From an uncultured Desulfospira sp. (GTDB taxonomy: Bacteria > Desulfobacterota > Desulfobacteria > Desulfobacterales > Desulfobacteraceae), in NCBI GenBank assembly GCA_963663165.1, contig OY760175.1, positions 1,792,001 through 1,856,000 of the forward strand: 64,000 nucleotides of DNA, given 5' to 3'. The first letter of the stretch is position 1; each line of letters begins with the position of its first letter. Below are positions 30,804 to 41,629 of the stretch, piece by piece. A program made the translations under genes and the position numbers. The notes under the pieces are model-generated. The model saw nothing but the letters and a program-made list of their open reading frames with translations, made no database searches and was not told where the DNA came from.

Positions 30804-32032
30804 ATATTACAATTGCTGCATTAGGATCCAGTGGTGACGTATATCCGTCCCTTGCCCTTGGGTTAGGGTTAAAAAAAGCCGGCTGCCGGGTCAGTCTGGC
30901 GGCCAACCCTGTTTTTGAATCCGATGTCCGGAACCGGGGCGTGGATTTTTTCCCCATCCGGACCATGCTGCGACAGTCCCTGGCCGACAGCCCGACCAGC
31001 CTTTATCCGGCCAAATCCCTTGCCCCCTTTCATTTTCTCCGATTGAAAAAAAGCCATATTGCGCCCATCTTGGAAACCATTGTCGCAGACATCGAAAACG
31101 CCTGTGAGCATGCCAATTTAATTTTGTACAACATGCTGGGCCTGCCGGCCTACCATTTTGCAAAGCAGATGGGGGTTAAGGCCTATCCCTTATGCCTTCA
31201 GCCGCTGGGGCGGACCAATGGGTTTCCAAGCCCGGTGATTTCCTCTAATATTTATGTCCCCAAAATGCTCAATGCCGCAAGCTACCGGATTGTTGAAAAA
31301 TGCATGGGCCTGTTTTTGAGCAACTGCGATCAGTTAAAAGGCAAGGCCTCTTTTCAGGATTTTTTTCATCAGGTGTATGCGGATCATATCCCGGTGCTCC
31401 ACGGATTCAGTTCCTGGGTGCTGCCAAAGCCTTCAGACTGGTCAGACAGCATGCACATCACGGGCTACTGGTTTTTAGATCCCCCTGACGACTGGGTTCC
31501 GCCAGAAGCGCTTCTAAAATTTCTTAAGCAGGGGCCGCCGCCGGTCTGTGTGGGGTTTGGTTCCATGAATGACCCGGATACCCGGACCATCATCAAAATA
31601 GCGGTAAAAGGGGTCCTTAAGGCCGGCCACCGGGTGATCCTCTTGACCGGCTGGAGCGGACAGGCCTTTGAAGATCTTTCCTGCCCCGACCTTTATGTGG
31701 CCAAGAGCATTCCCCATGCCTGGCTTTTTCCCAAAGTATCGGCCGTGGTCCATCATGGGGGCGCCGGCACCACGGGGGCTGCCGTAAAGGCAGGCATCCC
31801 GTCGGTGATCATTCCCTTCTTTTTTGACCAGGGCTTCTGGGCCGACCGGATGGAAAAACTGGGGGCCGGCCCGCCGCTTCTGCCCAAAAAAGCCCTGACC
31901 CCGGATGCCATGGCCGCCTGGATCAACAAGGTTTTGAACGATAAAGGCATCCGTGAAACCCTTAACCGGCTCAGCTTTCAGGTCAACACGGAAAACGGCA
32001 TTGGCAATGCCGTAAACCTGCTTTTGTCATAA
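30800..32032 (+). CDS. GT1 glycosyltransferase (sterol glucosyltransferase-like)
   Basis: GSSGDVYP, GFGSM, HHGGAGTT, PFFFDQ. Confidence 0.92.
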   Translation: MNITIAALGSSGDVYPSLALGLGLKKAGCRVSLAANPVFESDVRNRGVDFFPIRTMLRQSLADSPTSLYPAKSLAPFHFLRLKKSHIAPILETIVADIENACEHANLILYNMLGLPAYHFAKQMGVKAYPLCLQPLGRTNGFPSPVISSNIYVPKMLNAASYRIVEKCMGLFLSNCDQLKGKASFQDFFHQVYADHIPVLHGFSSWVLPKPSDWSDSMHITGYWFLDPPDDWVPPEALLKFLKQGPPPVCVGFGSMNDPDTRTIIKIAVKGVLKAGHRVILLTGWSGQAFEDLSCPDLYVAKSIPHAWLFPKVSAVVHHGGAGTTGAAVKAGIPSVIIPFFFDQGFWADRMEKLGAGPPLLPKKALTPDAMAAWINKVLNDKGIRETLNRLSFQVNTENGIGNAVNLLLS

Positions 32033-32087
32033 TTCTTTTTAATGATCTTTTGCTTGAAAAACATGGTCTATAGGCTATAGTAGCACC

Positions 32088-32507
32088 ATGAAAAATATAA
32101 GCCTGTGGATCATACCGGTCTTGCTTTTCCTTTGGGGTGTCCTGCCCGCTTCTCAGGCCTTTGCCGAAGATGGACATGCTGAAAAAATGGTCCTTGAAAG
32201 GGGCTTGATGTGCGAATCAATTGAAAATTTCCAACCGGTAAACCCGGCGGTTGTTTTTTCCATTGGCAACGAAGAGGTCTATTGTTATTCCGAGTTTGAC
32301 CCGGTCTATGAAAAAGTCAAAATTTTCCATAAATGGTTCAAAAAAGACAAGTTGATTTTTTCCATGCCCCTGACCCTTTCTCCGCCCAAATGGGCCTCTT
32401 TGAGTAAAATCCAGCTCAGGGACGCCGATAAAGGCCCCTGGCGGGTGGAAATCCAGGACCTGGAAGGCAACATCCTTAAAACCCTTCGTTTCGGCATATC
32501 GGACTGA
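32088..32507 (+). CDS. Exported DUF2914-like protein
   Basis: Signal peptide; VYCYS...HKW...G.WRVEI pattern. Confidence 0.65.
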   Translation: MKNISLWIIPVLLFLWGVLPASQAFAEDGHAEKMVLERGLMCESIENFQPVNPAVVFSIGNEEVYCYSEFDPVYEKVKIFHKWFKKDKLIFSMPLTLSPPKWASLSKIQLRDADKGPWRVEIQDLEGNILKTLRFGISD

Positions 32508-32514
32508 TCATCCT

Positions 32515-33936
32515 ATGGAACAGGCCTTAACCTTTTTACCCGGATTTCGATGGCAGGACAGCCTGGATATCATCTTAAATGCATATATTCTGTTCAGGCT
32601 TTATGTCCTGTTCCGGGGAACCAACGTATTCAGGGTTTTGATCGCCGTCTGTGTCCTGTGGATTTTGAACCGGAGCGCCGCATCCCTTGGGTTGATCGTT
32701 ACCAACTGGGCCATGCAGGGCGTGATTACGGTGGCCGTATTTATTATCATTATTGTTTTCAGGAACGAAATATCCGGGGTGGTCCAGACCAGGGATTTAA
32801 AGTCATTTTTATGGGGAGTTCCCAGAAGACAGGCAAACACCCCGCTGGATACCATTATTGAAAGTTTACGGGAACTGGCTGAAAAAAAAATCGGGGCCAT
32901 AATTGTCCTGCCTTTAAAGCAGGGCATTGACAGCATTGTTATCGGGGGAGTCCCCATAGAGGCGGCCTTGTCCAGGGAAATGCTGGTCAGCATTTTCTGG
33001 CCGGACAACCCCCTTCACGACGGGGCCGCCCTTATCCAGGGGGACCGGATTACCCGGGCGGGCGTCATCCTGCCATTGTCCCAGGAAAGGGACCTGCCTT
33101 CCGCCTACGGCACCCGCCACAGGGCGGCTTTGGGACTGACAGAACAGACCGATGCCCTGGTCCTGGTGGTTTCAGAAGAGCGGGGAAAAATTTCCATGGT
33201 CAAGGACCACCGGATTCTGCCCATTCAAAAGGTGGCCGATCTTGAAAAAGCCCTGGGACAGGTTAAGGGGATCGGCAAGGACAAAAATGATTTCCGCCGC
33301 CAGACCACAGAGCTTCTTTTGGCCGCAGCCCTTTGCATCGCCTTTACCATCGGTGTCTGGTACAGCTTTGCCAGGGGCATGGAAACCCTGGCCACCCACC
33401 GGGTCCACATTGAATTCACGACCCCGGATCCCGGGATGGAAATTACGGCCGCCTCGGCCTCGGATGTCAAACTGCTCATCAGCGGGACCAAACCCCTGAT
33501 CAATGCCTTAAAGCCTGACCAGATCACCATTAAACTCAACCTTGAAGGGGCTCATGCCGGGACCAATACCATTCCGGTCACCCAGGGAAGCATCCAGCTC
33601 CCCCCGGGCATCCAGTTAAAGCAGGTGGAACCCGAACAGATTGAGGTTACCTTAGATACCTTAGTGGAAAAACAGGTGCCGGTTCAGCCCGACTGGACCG
33701 GGACCCTGCCTGAGGGACTGATAATGACAAAGGCCGAACCAATTCCCGAAACTGCCCTGGTTTCCGGAAGCAAGCTGGCCTTAGATGATATATCCACTGT
33801 TTTTACGGAAAAAATTCCTTTGGACGGGTTAAGGCAGTCCGGCACCACCGTGGTGGACCTTGTGCTGAACCCGGCAACCCTGAAGCTCAAAAACAAAACC
33901 AAGATCCAGATCCGGTACATCATCGAAAAAAAATAA
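32515..33936 (+). CDS. cdaA: Diadenylate cyclase (CdaA-type) fused to YbbR/CdaR-like domains
   Basis: N-terminal TM helices; PLHDGA and GTRHRAA; further TM and YbbR-like beta-rich C-terminus. Confidence 0.9.
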   Translation: MEQALTFLPGFRWQDSLDIILNAYILFRLYVLFRGTNVFRVLIAVCVLWILNRSAASLGLIVTNWAMQGVITVAVFIIIIVFRNEISGVVQTRDLKSFLWGVPRRQANTPLDTIIESLRELAEKKIGAIIVLPLKQGIDSIVIGGVPIEAALSREMLVSIFWPDNPLHDGAALIQGDRITRAGVILPLSQERDLPSAYGTRHRAALGLTEQTDALVLVVSEERGKISMVKDHRILPIQKVADLEKALGQVKGIGKDKNDFRRQTTELLLAAALCIAFTIGVWYSFARGMETLATHRVHIEFTTPDPGMEITAASASDVKLLISGTKPLINALKPDQITIKLNLEGAHAGTNTIPVTQGSIQLPPGIQLKQVEPEQIEVTLDTLVEKQVPVQPDWTGTLPEGLIMTKAEPIPETALVSGSKLALDDISTVFTEKIPLDGLRQSGTTVVDLVLNPATLKLKNKTKIQIRYIIEKK

Positions 33937-34027
33937 CGGAAAGTGGAAACCGAAAACCGGAGACCGGATCGCGCATCCTAAGGGGTTTCGCATCCGGTCT
34001 CCGCTCTCCCTTCTTCCGGTCTCCCCT

Positions 34028-35677
34028 TTAATTGTCCAGCACCTGCCGAATGGATTTAATAATGGTAATGCCCTTGACCGGCTTGGTAAGATATTTTTTG
34101 ATCCCCAAGAACAACGCCCCGTCCCTGTCAATCTCGTCGGTGTAGCCGCTGCAAAGGATAATGGGCATGTCCTCCCGGATTTCCAGAACCTCTTTTGCCA
34201 GAGCCGCTCCGGTCATCTTGGGCATGGTCATGTCGGTAATAATAATGTCAAACCCCATGGTATTTTGCCTAAATACTTCCAGGGCATCTTTGGCGTTACG
34301 GAAAGTGCTGACCTGGTATCCGAATTTTTCCAGAAGGTCTTTGTTTGAATCCAGGATAGGCAGCTCATCGTCTATAAACATCACCCGCTCTGCCCCGGAC
34401 AGCTCCTCCCCTGTCCAGAAATCATCCGCTTCAGGCGATTGAGATTCAAGCAGGGGGAAAAAAATATGAAACCGGGTCCCCTGCCCGGGGGTGCTGTCCA
34501 CTTTTACATAACCGGCATGATCCTCCACAATACCGATCACCGTTGACAGGCCAAGGCCGGTCCCCTCTCCCAACCCCCTGGTGGTAAAATAAGGATCAAA
34601 CATTTTTTGCCGGGTTTCCTGATCCATGCCAACCCCCGTATCGCTGATTTCAAGAACCAGGTATTCTCCCGGCGGAATGGCCAGATCAGCATCAGGCCCA
34701 AGGTCTTCCAAAGGGACCTCCTGGTTGTAAAGCCCGATGGTCAATACGCCGCCGCCGGTTTTCATGGCCTGGAAGGCATTGGCGCACAGGTTCATGATCA
34801 CCTGGTGGATCTGGACCGGATCTGCCATGATTTCGGATTTAGAAGACACGTTCTGCCGGATCTCAATGGTGGACGGAATGGTGGACCGAAGCATTTTAAC
34901 AGATTCCTTGACCACCACATAAAGGGTTACCGGCCGCCGTTTGTTCTCGGCCTGGCGGCCATAGGTCATGATCTGCTGAACCAGTTCGGCAGCCCTTTCA
35001 GCGCTCACCAGGATCTGGCCCAGGTGTTTTTTAACTTTTTCCGGGGTCTCAATGCTCAGCTCCGCCAGATAGGCATACCCGAAGATCCCGGATAAAATAT
35101 TGTTGAAATCATGGGCGATTCCGGCGGCAAGGGTCCCGATGGCCTCCAGCTTCTGGGTCTGGAGCAGCCGTCTTTCCAGCCGGTTCCGGTCTTCTTCGGC
35201 CAGCTTGTAATCGCTGACATCCATAAACGTAATGACGATTTCAACCAGCTGCTGTTTATCGTCAAAAACAGGGTCACCGTTGACCACAAACCAGAGGAGT
35301 GCCCCGTCTGACCGCTGGACCCCCATAAGATAATCCCTTAAGGGCTTTAGGGATTCTTTCACCAGACTGACCGGATGGAACTCCCGGGCCATGGGCAGAC
35401 GCTCTTCATCCAAAAAATCCCACACCGGATCCATCGTATCTTTTCCAAGTATCTGGCCTTCGGAAAGCCCAAGCCATTCCTGAATTTTGGGGTTACACTT
35501 GATGACCCGGGTCTCTTTATCATAAACAACCACCCCGGCCTGAATTTTGTCAATCCGTATCCGGGATCGCTTTTCACTTTCACTTAACGCGGCCAGCATC
35601 TCGTTCCGGGCCTGTTTTTCCTGCTCCAGTTCCCGGATCTGATCCTTGAGTTGTTGTGTATTCACCTGTTCAGACAT
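34028..35677 (-). CDS. PAS hybrid sensor histidine kinase/receiver
   Basis: GIAHDFNN, NLCANA, DTGVG, GTGLGL, C-terminal REC. Confidence 0.93.
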   Translation of the reverse strand: MSEQVNTQQLKDQIRELEQEKQARNEMLAALSESEKRSRIRIDKIQAGVVVYDKETRVIKCNPKIQEWLGLSEGQILGKDTMDPVWDFLDEERLPMAREFHPVSLVKESLKPLRDYLMGVQRSDGALLWFVVNGDPVFDDKQQLVEIVITFMDVSDYKLAEEDRNRLERRLLQTQKLEAIGTLAAGIAHDFNNILSGIFGYAYLAELSIETPEKVKKHLGQILVSAERAAELVQQIMTYGRQAENKRRPVTLYVVVKESVKMLRSTIPSTIEIRQNVSSKSEIMADPVQIHQVIMNLCANAFQAMKTGGGVLTIGLYNQEVPLEDLGPDADLAIPPGEYLVLEISDTGVGMDQETRQKMFDPYFTTRGLGEGTGLGLSTVIGIVEDHAGYVKVDSTPGQGTRFHIFFPLLESQSPEADDFWTGEELSGAERVMFIDDELPILDSNKDLLEKFGYQVSTFRNAKDALEVFRQNTMGFDIIITDMTMPKMTGAALAKEVLEIREDMPIILCSGYTDEIDRDGALFLGIKKYLTKPVKGITIIKSIRQVLDN

Positions 35678-36498
35678 TCTTGGGACCTTTTGTTAAGGGT
35701 AAACCCACAAGGCAGTTGACCGTTTATACAGCTTATCAATCGCGAGTATGCAACGATTGCGTGCGGCGGTTGTGTCCAATTTTACGAAATGCCATCCCCC
35801 CCCAAAAAAGCGGCAAGCGGCAGTTCACCATTGATAGTGGCGGATACGATATGCTTAACTGCGACATAACTATAATAAAATACGTAGAAATTTAAAACAA
35901 CCCCAAAATTATCCTGTCCCAGGGCAACCGCATTTGTAATCCGGCATGGCATTCTGATATCGCGCGTAAATTTTATAAAATTGGGACTTGGGATATGGGA
36001 CTTGGGGCAGCAAAGATTTCTCAATGTATGGAATGCTTTTCTCTTTGCTCTGTGATGCTAAAATCGAGGGCTTCGCCCTCTTTTTTATATTTTCACGCAA
36101 AGGCGCTAAGGCGCAAAGAATACCATTGCCCAAGGGAATTTAAGCCTTGCGCCTTTACGTCTTGGCGAGAGTTTTTTTGAAAGCAAAGTTCGGTGGGAAA
36201 AAGTGTAGCAGCGTAGCAGCCCGGTAGGGTGGTCAAAAGCGAAGCGTTGCCCACCATTGTCCGTATAACATTTTGTTTTTGAAGGACAAATAAAACGGGC
36301 TCACGCTAACTACCGGCTTGAGACTCGGGATATGGGGCTTGGGAATGCCACGGATACTGCAATCCCCAAGTCCCATATCCCAAGTCCCAAGTCCATTATA
36401 TTAGATTAAATGTATTATTTCAAATTCGGTGGCCCCGGCCCCGGGGGCAGTTCCGAGCGATTTAGCGGCTCAAAACGAAATTATCGTCCCGGCCGTTT

Positions 36499-39042
36499 TC
36501 AGTTCCCCTGTTCCAGCAACTGTGCCAGGGCCGTCTGCCGCAGGCTGATGTCCTCGTTCTTCACGGCAAGGGCAAGGGCCCGCCGGCTACCCACGAAAAC
36601 AGCGAGTTTCCGGGCCCGGGTCACCCCGGTGTAGATCAGGTTCCGGTACAGCATGGTGAAATGCTGGGTCAACACCGGAATAATCACCACTTCAAACTCA
36701 CTGCCCTGGGATTTGTGAATGGTCACGGCATAGGCCAGATCCAGCTCCATGATATCGGCCTGCTGGTAAAAAACATCCCGGTTGTCCGGAAAAAACCGAA
36801 CCGTTAAGGTCAGCGACAGGGGGTCAATCTGCCGGATTTGGCCGATGTCGCCGTTAAACACCCCTAAGGTATAGTTGTTTTTTCTGTGGATCACCCGGTC
36901 CCCGATCCTGAAAATCCGCTGGCCTGCCTGGATCTGGGGTTTTCCCGCCATGGGGGGATTGGCCGCCTCCTGAATGACCCGGTTCAGGGCGACCGTGCCC
37001 ATGCTGCCCCGGGTCATGGGGGAAAGAATCTGGATTTCTTTTTCTTTTCCGTGGTACTTGGGGATCCACTCAAGGTAAAGCTGTCTGACCACATCCTGGG
37101 CTGTGAGCCCGTAGTGAAGGGAGGACCAGGGATGAATGTTTTTCACCACTGCCTTGAGTTCTTCGGCATGGCCGGAACTCAGCAACAGCCGGTCAAGACA
37201 GACATGGGCAAATTTTTCAGGAATGCGGATCTCGGTTTCATAGGGGGCCAGGGGCTGTTCCACCCTGAACTCATATAACCTTTGGGACGGATCAGGTTCA
37301 GCCGCCAGGCCGGCTGAAGCTTCCGGTTCCCGGCCAGCTGCACGCTTTACCTTTTTAACAAACCGAATCTGTTCTCCGGTGGCCTCGTCCGAGTCCAGAA
37401 ACAGGCAGTCTTCCCCATTCTGCCAGATTTCAGGCCGGTTAAACGGAGACCTGATCCAGGGAATTTTGCCGGCATTGATCTGATGGGCATACTTGATAAT
37501 CAGGGATTGGGCCGCCTGACGAAATATTTTGGTCAGCCTGAAACAGGCCACCTGGCCAGAGGCCATCAGGTCCTTGAGAACGTTGCCTGCGCCCACCGGC
37601 GGCAGCTGGTCATCATCCCCGATAAACACCACCCGGCCCTTTTCCGGAACCGCCTTGAGCAAGGCGGCGGTCAGGCTGATATCCAGCATGGATGTCTCGT
37701 CCACCACCAGCACATCCATCTTTAACGGGTTTTCCTCATTTTTCTTAAACCTTGTCCCCTGCCATCCCAAAAGCCGGTGAATGGTTTTGGCCGGCTTGCC
37801 GGTGACCTGGCCCATGCGCTGGGCTGCCCGGCCCGTGGGGGCGGCCAGAAGGACCTTGCACCCCATGGCTTCCAGGAGCCGGACCAGAACCTTTGTGGTG
37901 GTGGTCTTGCCGCAGCCGGGACCACCGGTGAGGATGGCAAAGGCCTGGCCGGCGATGCCCTGAACCGCGTCGCGCTGTTCCGGGCTTAGATTTATTTTCA
38001 CGGTTTTACAAAACAGGTCCATCCAGCGCTTCATTCGCGGGATGTCAATGTCCAAAACCGGTGTCATCTGCCGGATTCTTCGGGCGGTATACAGTTCATC
38101 AAAAAACAGGCTTCGGGCGTAATAACAGTCCTGGTCAAGGCCCTGATCCGATGTCAGGACCCGCTTCATGAGCAGGCGGTCGGCCTCCATAACTTCTATA
38201 ATCGGCAACAGGTTGTCGCCCAATGGGAGATTCAAAAGCTGCGCCACCTGATCTTTGATCTGGGAAAAGGTCAGGTAACAATGGCCAAAATTCCGGGCCC
38301 CTGAAAGCACATGGCGGATGCCGGCCATAATCCGCCGGGGGCTGTCGGTTTCCATTCCCATGGACAGGGCGACCTTGTCTGCCGTAAAAAAGCCGATGCC
38401 GTAAAAATCGTCCGCCAGGCCATAAGGATTTTTTGCCACCCGGGCAATGGCATCATCCCCGTATTCTTTATAAATTCTGACGGCAAACAGGGTGGAGATC
38501 CCGTGGGACTGGAGAAACATCATCACATCCCGGACCGCCCGGTGTTCGAGCCAGGCCTTTGAGATCATGGACAGTTTTTTATGGGCAATGCCCGGAACCT
38601 CCAGAAGGCGGGCCATATCGGTTTCAAAGACATCAAGGGTCTGATCTCTAAAGTGGGCCACAATTTTTTTGGCGGTTTTGGGTCCCACCCCCTTGATCAG
38701 GCCGGAGCCCAGGTATTTTTCAAGGGCCGCCGCAGAGGCGGGTTTCTTTTCAACGGCCTTTGTTGCCTTGAATTGGCGTCCGTAGCGGGGATGGACAATA
38801 AAAGAGCCCCAGAAGGCCATGGTGGCCCCGGCAAACACCCGGGTCTGGTGGACCAGGACGGTCAGCCGTTTCCCGTAGCCGTCAAACGGGGTGACTTTTA
38901 AAACCGACCACCCGTTGTCCGGGTTATGATAGGTCACCCGGTCCACCACCCCGGAGATCTGCTCCGCCACCACCCCGGTCCCGGAAGGCCCAGGAAAAAA
39001 TGTCCCATTGCCCTTGTTCATTTTATGGCAACCATATCCCAA
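36499..39042 (-). CDS. recD2: RecD2-type SF1B helicase
   Basis: HhH region IKGVGPKTA, GGPGCGKTT, VDETSM, YAVTIHKSQGSE. Confidence 0.93.
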   Translation of the reverse strand: MGYGCHKMNKGNGTFFPGPSGTGVVAEQISGVVDRVTYHNPDNGWSVLKVTPFDGYGKRLTVLVHQTRVFAGATMAFWGSFIVHPRYGRQFKATKAVEKKPASAAALEKYLGSGLIKGVGPKTAKKIVAHFRDQTLDVFETDMARLLEVPGIAHKKLSMISKAWLEHRAVRDVMMFLQSHGISTLFAVRIYKEYGDDAIARVAKNPYGLADDFYGIGFFTADKVALSMGMETDSPRRIMAGIRHVLSGARNFGHCYLTFSQIKDQVAQLLNLPLGDNLLPIIEVMEADRLLMKRVLTSDQGLDQDCYYARSLFFDELYTARRIRQMTPVLDIDIPRMKRWMDLFCKTVKINLSPEQRDAVQGIAGQAFAILTGGPGCGKTTTTKVLVRLLEAMGCKVLLAAPTGRAAQRMGQVTGKPAKTIHRLLGWQGTRFKKNEENPLKMDVLVVDETSMLDISLTAALLKAVPEKGRVVFIGDDDQLPPVGAGNVLKDLMASGQVACFRLTKIFRQAAQSLIIKYAHQINAGKIPWIRSPFNRPEIWQNGEDCLFLDSDEATGEQIRFVKKVKRAAGREPEASAGLAAEPDPSQRLYEFRVEQPLAPYETEIRIPEKFAHVCLDRLLLSSGHAEELKAVVKNIHPWSSLHYGLTAQDVVRQLYLEWIPKYHGKEKEIQILSPMTRGSMGTVALNRVIQEAANPPMAGKPQIQAGQRIFRIGDRVIHRKNNYTLGVFNGDIGQIRQIDPLSLTLTVRFFPDNRDVFYQQADIMELDLAYAVTIHKSQGSEFEVVIIPVLTQHFTMLYRNLIYTGVTRARKLAVFVGSRRALALAVKNEDISLRQTALAQLLEQGN

Positions 39043-39193
39043 ATCGGCTTATGGGACAACAGGAAACGGAAGACCGGAGCCCGGATGAAAAATACAGACT
39101 GACACGGACGAACAGGGACTGGCACACGGACAGACACGGGCGTGGCCCAAGTCCGTGTCTGTGATCGTCCGTGACTGTCCGTGTAAGTCCTGC

Positions 39194-39238
39194 AAAAAAA
39201 AACCGTCAGCCTTGCCGACGGACCGGCAAGGCTGACGG
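39194..39238 (-). terminator. Intrinsic terminator of the acyl-CoA synthetase
   Basis: 15-bp stem CCGTCAGCCTTGCCG/CGGCAAGGCTGACGG followed by T9 on the minus strand. Confidence 0.8.
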
Positions 39239-39269
39239 ATAAACCTATTTTAAGTTGGCCTTATGGTTT

Positions 39270-41024
39270 TTACTTATTTTTAGAACTCAGCTCAGGGAAC
39301 TGATGGTAGAAGTATTCGTTGGCCTTTTCCTGTTTTTCCTTTTCTTCGTTCTCCCTTAACTCAATACGGCGGATCTTGCCGCTGATGGTTTTGGGAAGCT
39401 CGTCCACAAACTCAATGATCCGGGGGATCTTGAATTTGGCCAGCACTTTAATGGTGTGCTGGAACAGTTCAAGGGCCAGTTCCTTGCTGGGCTTATTGCC
39501 CGGGGTCAGAATGACAAAGGCCTTGACCAGCTGATGGCGTTTGGGATCAGGAACTCCGACAACAGCGGTTTCCATGACAGCCGAATGCTCAATCAGGGCA
39601 CTTTCCACCTCAAAGGGGCCCACACGGAAATCCGATGACTTGATCACGTCATCGGCCCGGCCCACAAACCACCAGTACCCGTCTTTATCAAAGGAGGCCT
39701 TGTCTCCGGTAAAGTAAAGGCCTTCCTGGAACGCGGCACTGGTTTTGGCAGGATCGTCAATGTACTCCTGGAACAGGCCGATGGCCCGCCAGTCCGTGAG
39801 GCGAACCACAATATGGCCGGTCTCATCGGGCTCGGTGATTTGCTTGCCCGAATCGTCGGTGAGGATAACATCATACATATAGCTTGGCGCCCCAAAAGAA
39901 CCCAAGCGCATCCGGCCTTCCATCCACGGGCCATTACCGATCATGCAGGTGGATTCGGTCTGGCCGTAAAAATCCCGGATTTCCGTGCCGGTCGCTTTCT
40001 TCCACTGGTCAATGACCTCAGGGTTCAAGGGTTCGCCGGCGCTCAAAGAGTATTTAATGGCGCTCAAGTCGTACTGGGACATGTCCAGGCCGACAAAGGC
40101 ACGCCAGGCCGTTGGCGGGGCGCAAAAAGAATTGATTTTATATTTGGCCACGGTGGCCAGGTATTTTTTAATATCCAGGACCGTAAAATTAAATCCTGTG
40201 GCCGTCGCCCCCACGGACAACGGAGAGAAAAAACTGCTCCATGCCCATTTGGCCCATCCGGGCGCACTCAGGTTATGGTGGATATCTCCTGGTTCCACAC
40301 CAATGATCACGGCCGTCATCAGATGGCCTAAAGGATAGGATACGGCGCTGTGCCCTACCCGTTTGGGAAGCCCTGTGGTCCCGGACGTAAAAAAGCAGAA
40401 CAGGACATCTTCACAATTGGTGTCGGCCGGTTCCGCCTGGCCTGATTCCCGGGCAAGCTCGGCATAAGGGGTCCATCCTTCTTTTTCTCCCAGGACAATT
40501 TTGGCCTTGGGGGAACAGCCGGCGGTTTTAATGGCGTCATCCACCAGATCGGTCAGCCCTTCCATGCAGATGATCACATCGGGTTTATAGGCTTCAAACC
40601 GGAACTGGATTTCCCTTTCCGTCATGGAGGTGGCCGTGGGAACGGTTATGAGTCCCCCCTTGATGCCGGCCAGGGTGGCAAACCAGGTCTCAGGGACAAT
40701 GGGGGTCAGCATGTATAGATTGTCCCCTTTGTTGACGCCTTTTTTCCGTAAAAAGTTCAGGCAGCGGTTCCCGTTCTCTGCCATTTCCGTATACGTGAAC
40801 TGCGCTTCGGCATCCGTGTCCAAATCGGTCCAGATCAACCCGGTCTGATCTCCCCGTTCCTTAACATGGATTCCTTCGAAAATCTCGGAAGCCCAGTTAA
40901 ATTTTTCCGGCAGGCGGGTGTGGTTTAATTCTTTGAAAAACGCCTTTGCCTGGGCTTCACGTTCTCCCATATCCTGGATCTCATTTAGCGCCATTACCTT
41001 TCTGTAAATGCTTTCCAACGACAT
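39270..41024 (-). CDS. AMP-dependent acyl-CoA synthetase
   Basis: FTSGTTGLPK, YGQTE, TGD, GRADD, PKTISGKIRR. Confidence 0.93.
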   Translation of the reverse strand: MSLESIYRKVMALNEIQDMGEREAQAKAFFKELNHTRLPEKFNWASEIFEGIHVKERGDQTGLIWTDLDTDAEAQFTYTEMAENGNRCLNFLRKKGVNKGDNLYMLTPIVPETWFATLAGIKGGLITVPTATSMTEREIQFRFEAYKPDVIICMEGLTDLVDDAIKTAGCSPKAKIVLGEKEGWTPYAELARESGQAEPADTNCEDVLFCFFTSGTTGLPKRVGHSAVSYPLGHLMTAVIIGVEPGDIHHNLSAPGWAKWAWSSFFSPLSVGATATGFNFTVLDIKKYLATVAKYKINSFCAPPTAWRAFVGLDMSQYDLSAIKYSLSAGEPLNPEVIDQWKKATGTEIRDFYGQTESTCMIGNGPWMEGRMRLGSFGAPSYMYDVILTDDSGKQITEPDETGHIVVRLTDWRAIGLFQEYIDDPAKTSAAFQEGLYFTGDKASFDKDGYWWFVGRADDVIKSSDFRVGPFEVESALIEHSAVMETAVVGVPDPKRHQLVKAFVILTPGNKPSKELALELFQHTIKVLAKFKIPRIIEFVDELPKTISGKIRRIELRENEEKEKQEKANEYFYHQFPELSSKNK

Positions 41025-41411
41025 AAGTCTCCTCCCCGTTTAAATGTTAACCAGGCATTTTTTATGAAGCCTGCCTGCTCTTGATTTTCTAAGCTTTCCC
41101 CCGGCAACAATGGAACCTGCACCTGCAAATGATGTTTGAGACTGATTCTTTTTAAGCCATTTGCAGCGGCTATAGTCTATAAAGACCAGGGTTTTCTACA
41201 ATCGGCGCAAATCTGATTTTAAATGTAGGCGATTTTGTAAGAATTTGTAGGCAAAAAAGCGTTCCTATTTGTAGGCGCGCAGCCCTACAAGCCTAAACAG
41301 GTCTCCACCGGCGGCTGCCCGGCATAAAAAACACGGGCCGCAGCAGGGAATATCTTGACAGAATTTCCCTGTAAATGATACATATCCTTGGAAAAAAATC
41401 ATTGAATGTCT

Positions 41412-41605
41412 TAACAAAGGGGCACGGACCTGGCTGATTGCAACCGGCAAAACCAGGGCCTGCCCATAACAAAATATTGAAAGTCCCTTTAAAAAATGTC
41501 TTAGGAGACTTTCCTACAAACGGCCACGGGCCGTCTTGGTTATCCAACCGAGAACCGCCCACAACAAATAATGAAAGTCTTCTCAAGATGTTAGTGAGAC
41601 TTTCC
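41412..41605 (+). promoter_or_regulatory. Tandem pair of the ~90-nt two-hairpin leader motif
   Basis: GGGC..GCCC-A(C/T)AACAAA-GAAAGTC..GAGACTTTC occurs twice; homologous to the reverse complement of 52641-52820. Confidence 0.6.
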
Positions 41606-41629
41606 TTCAAAAGGAAAAGAGAGCAAACC

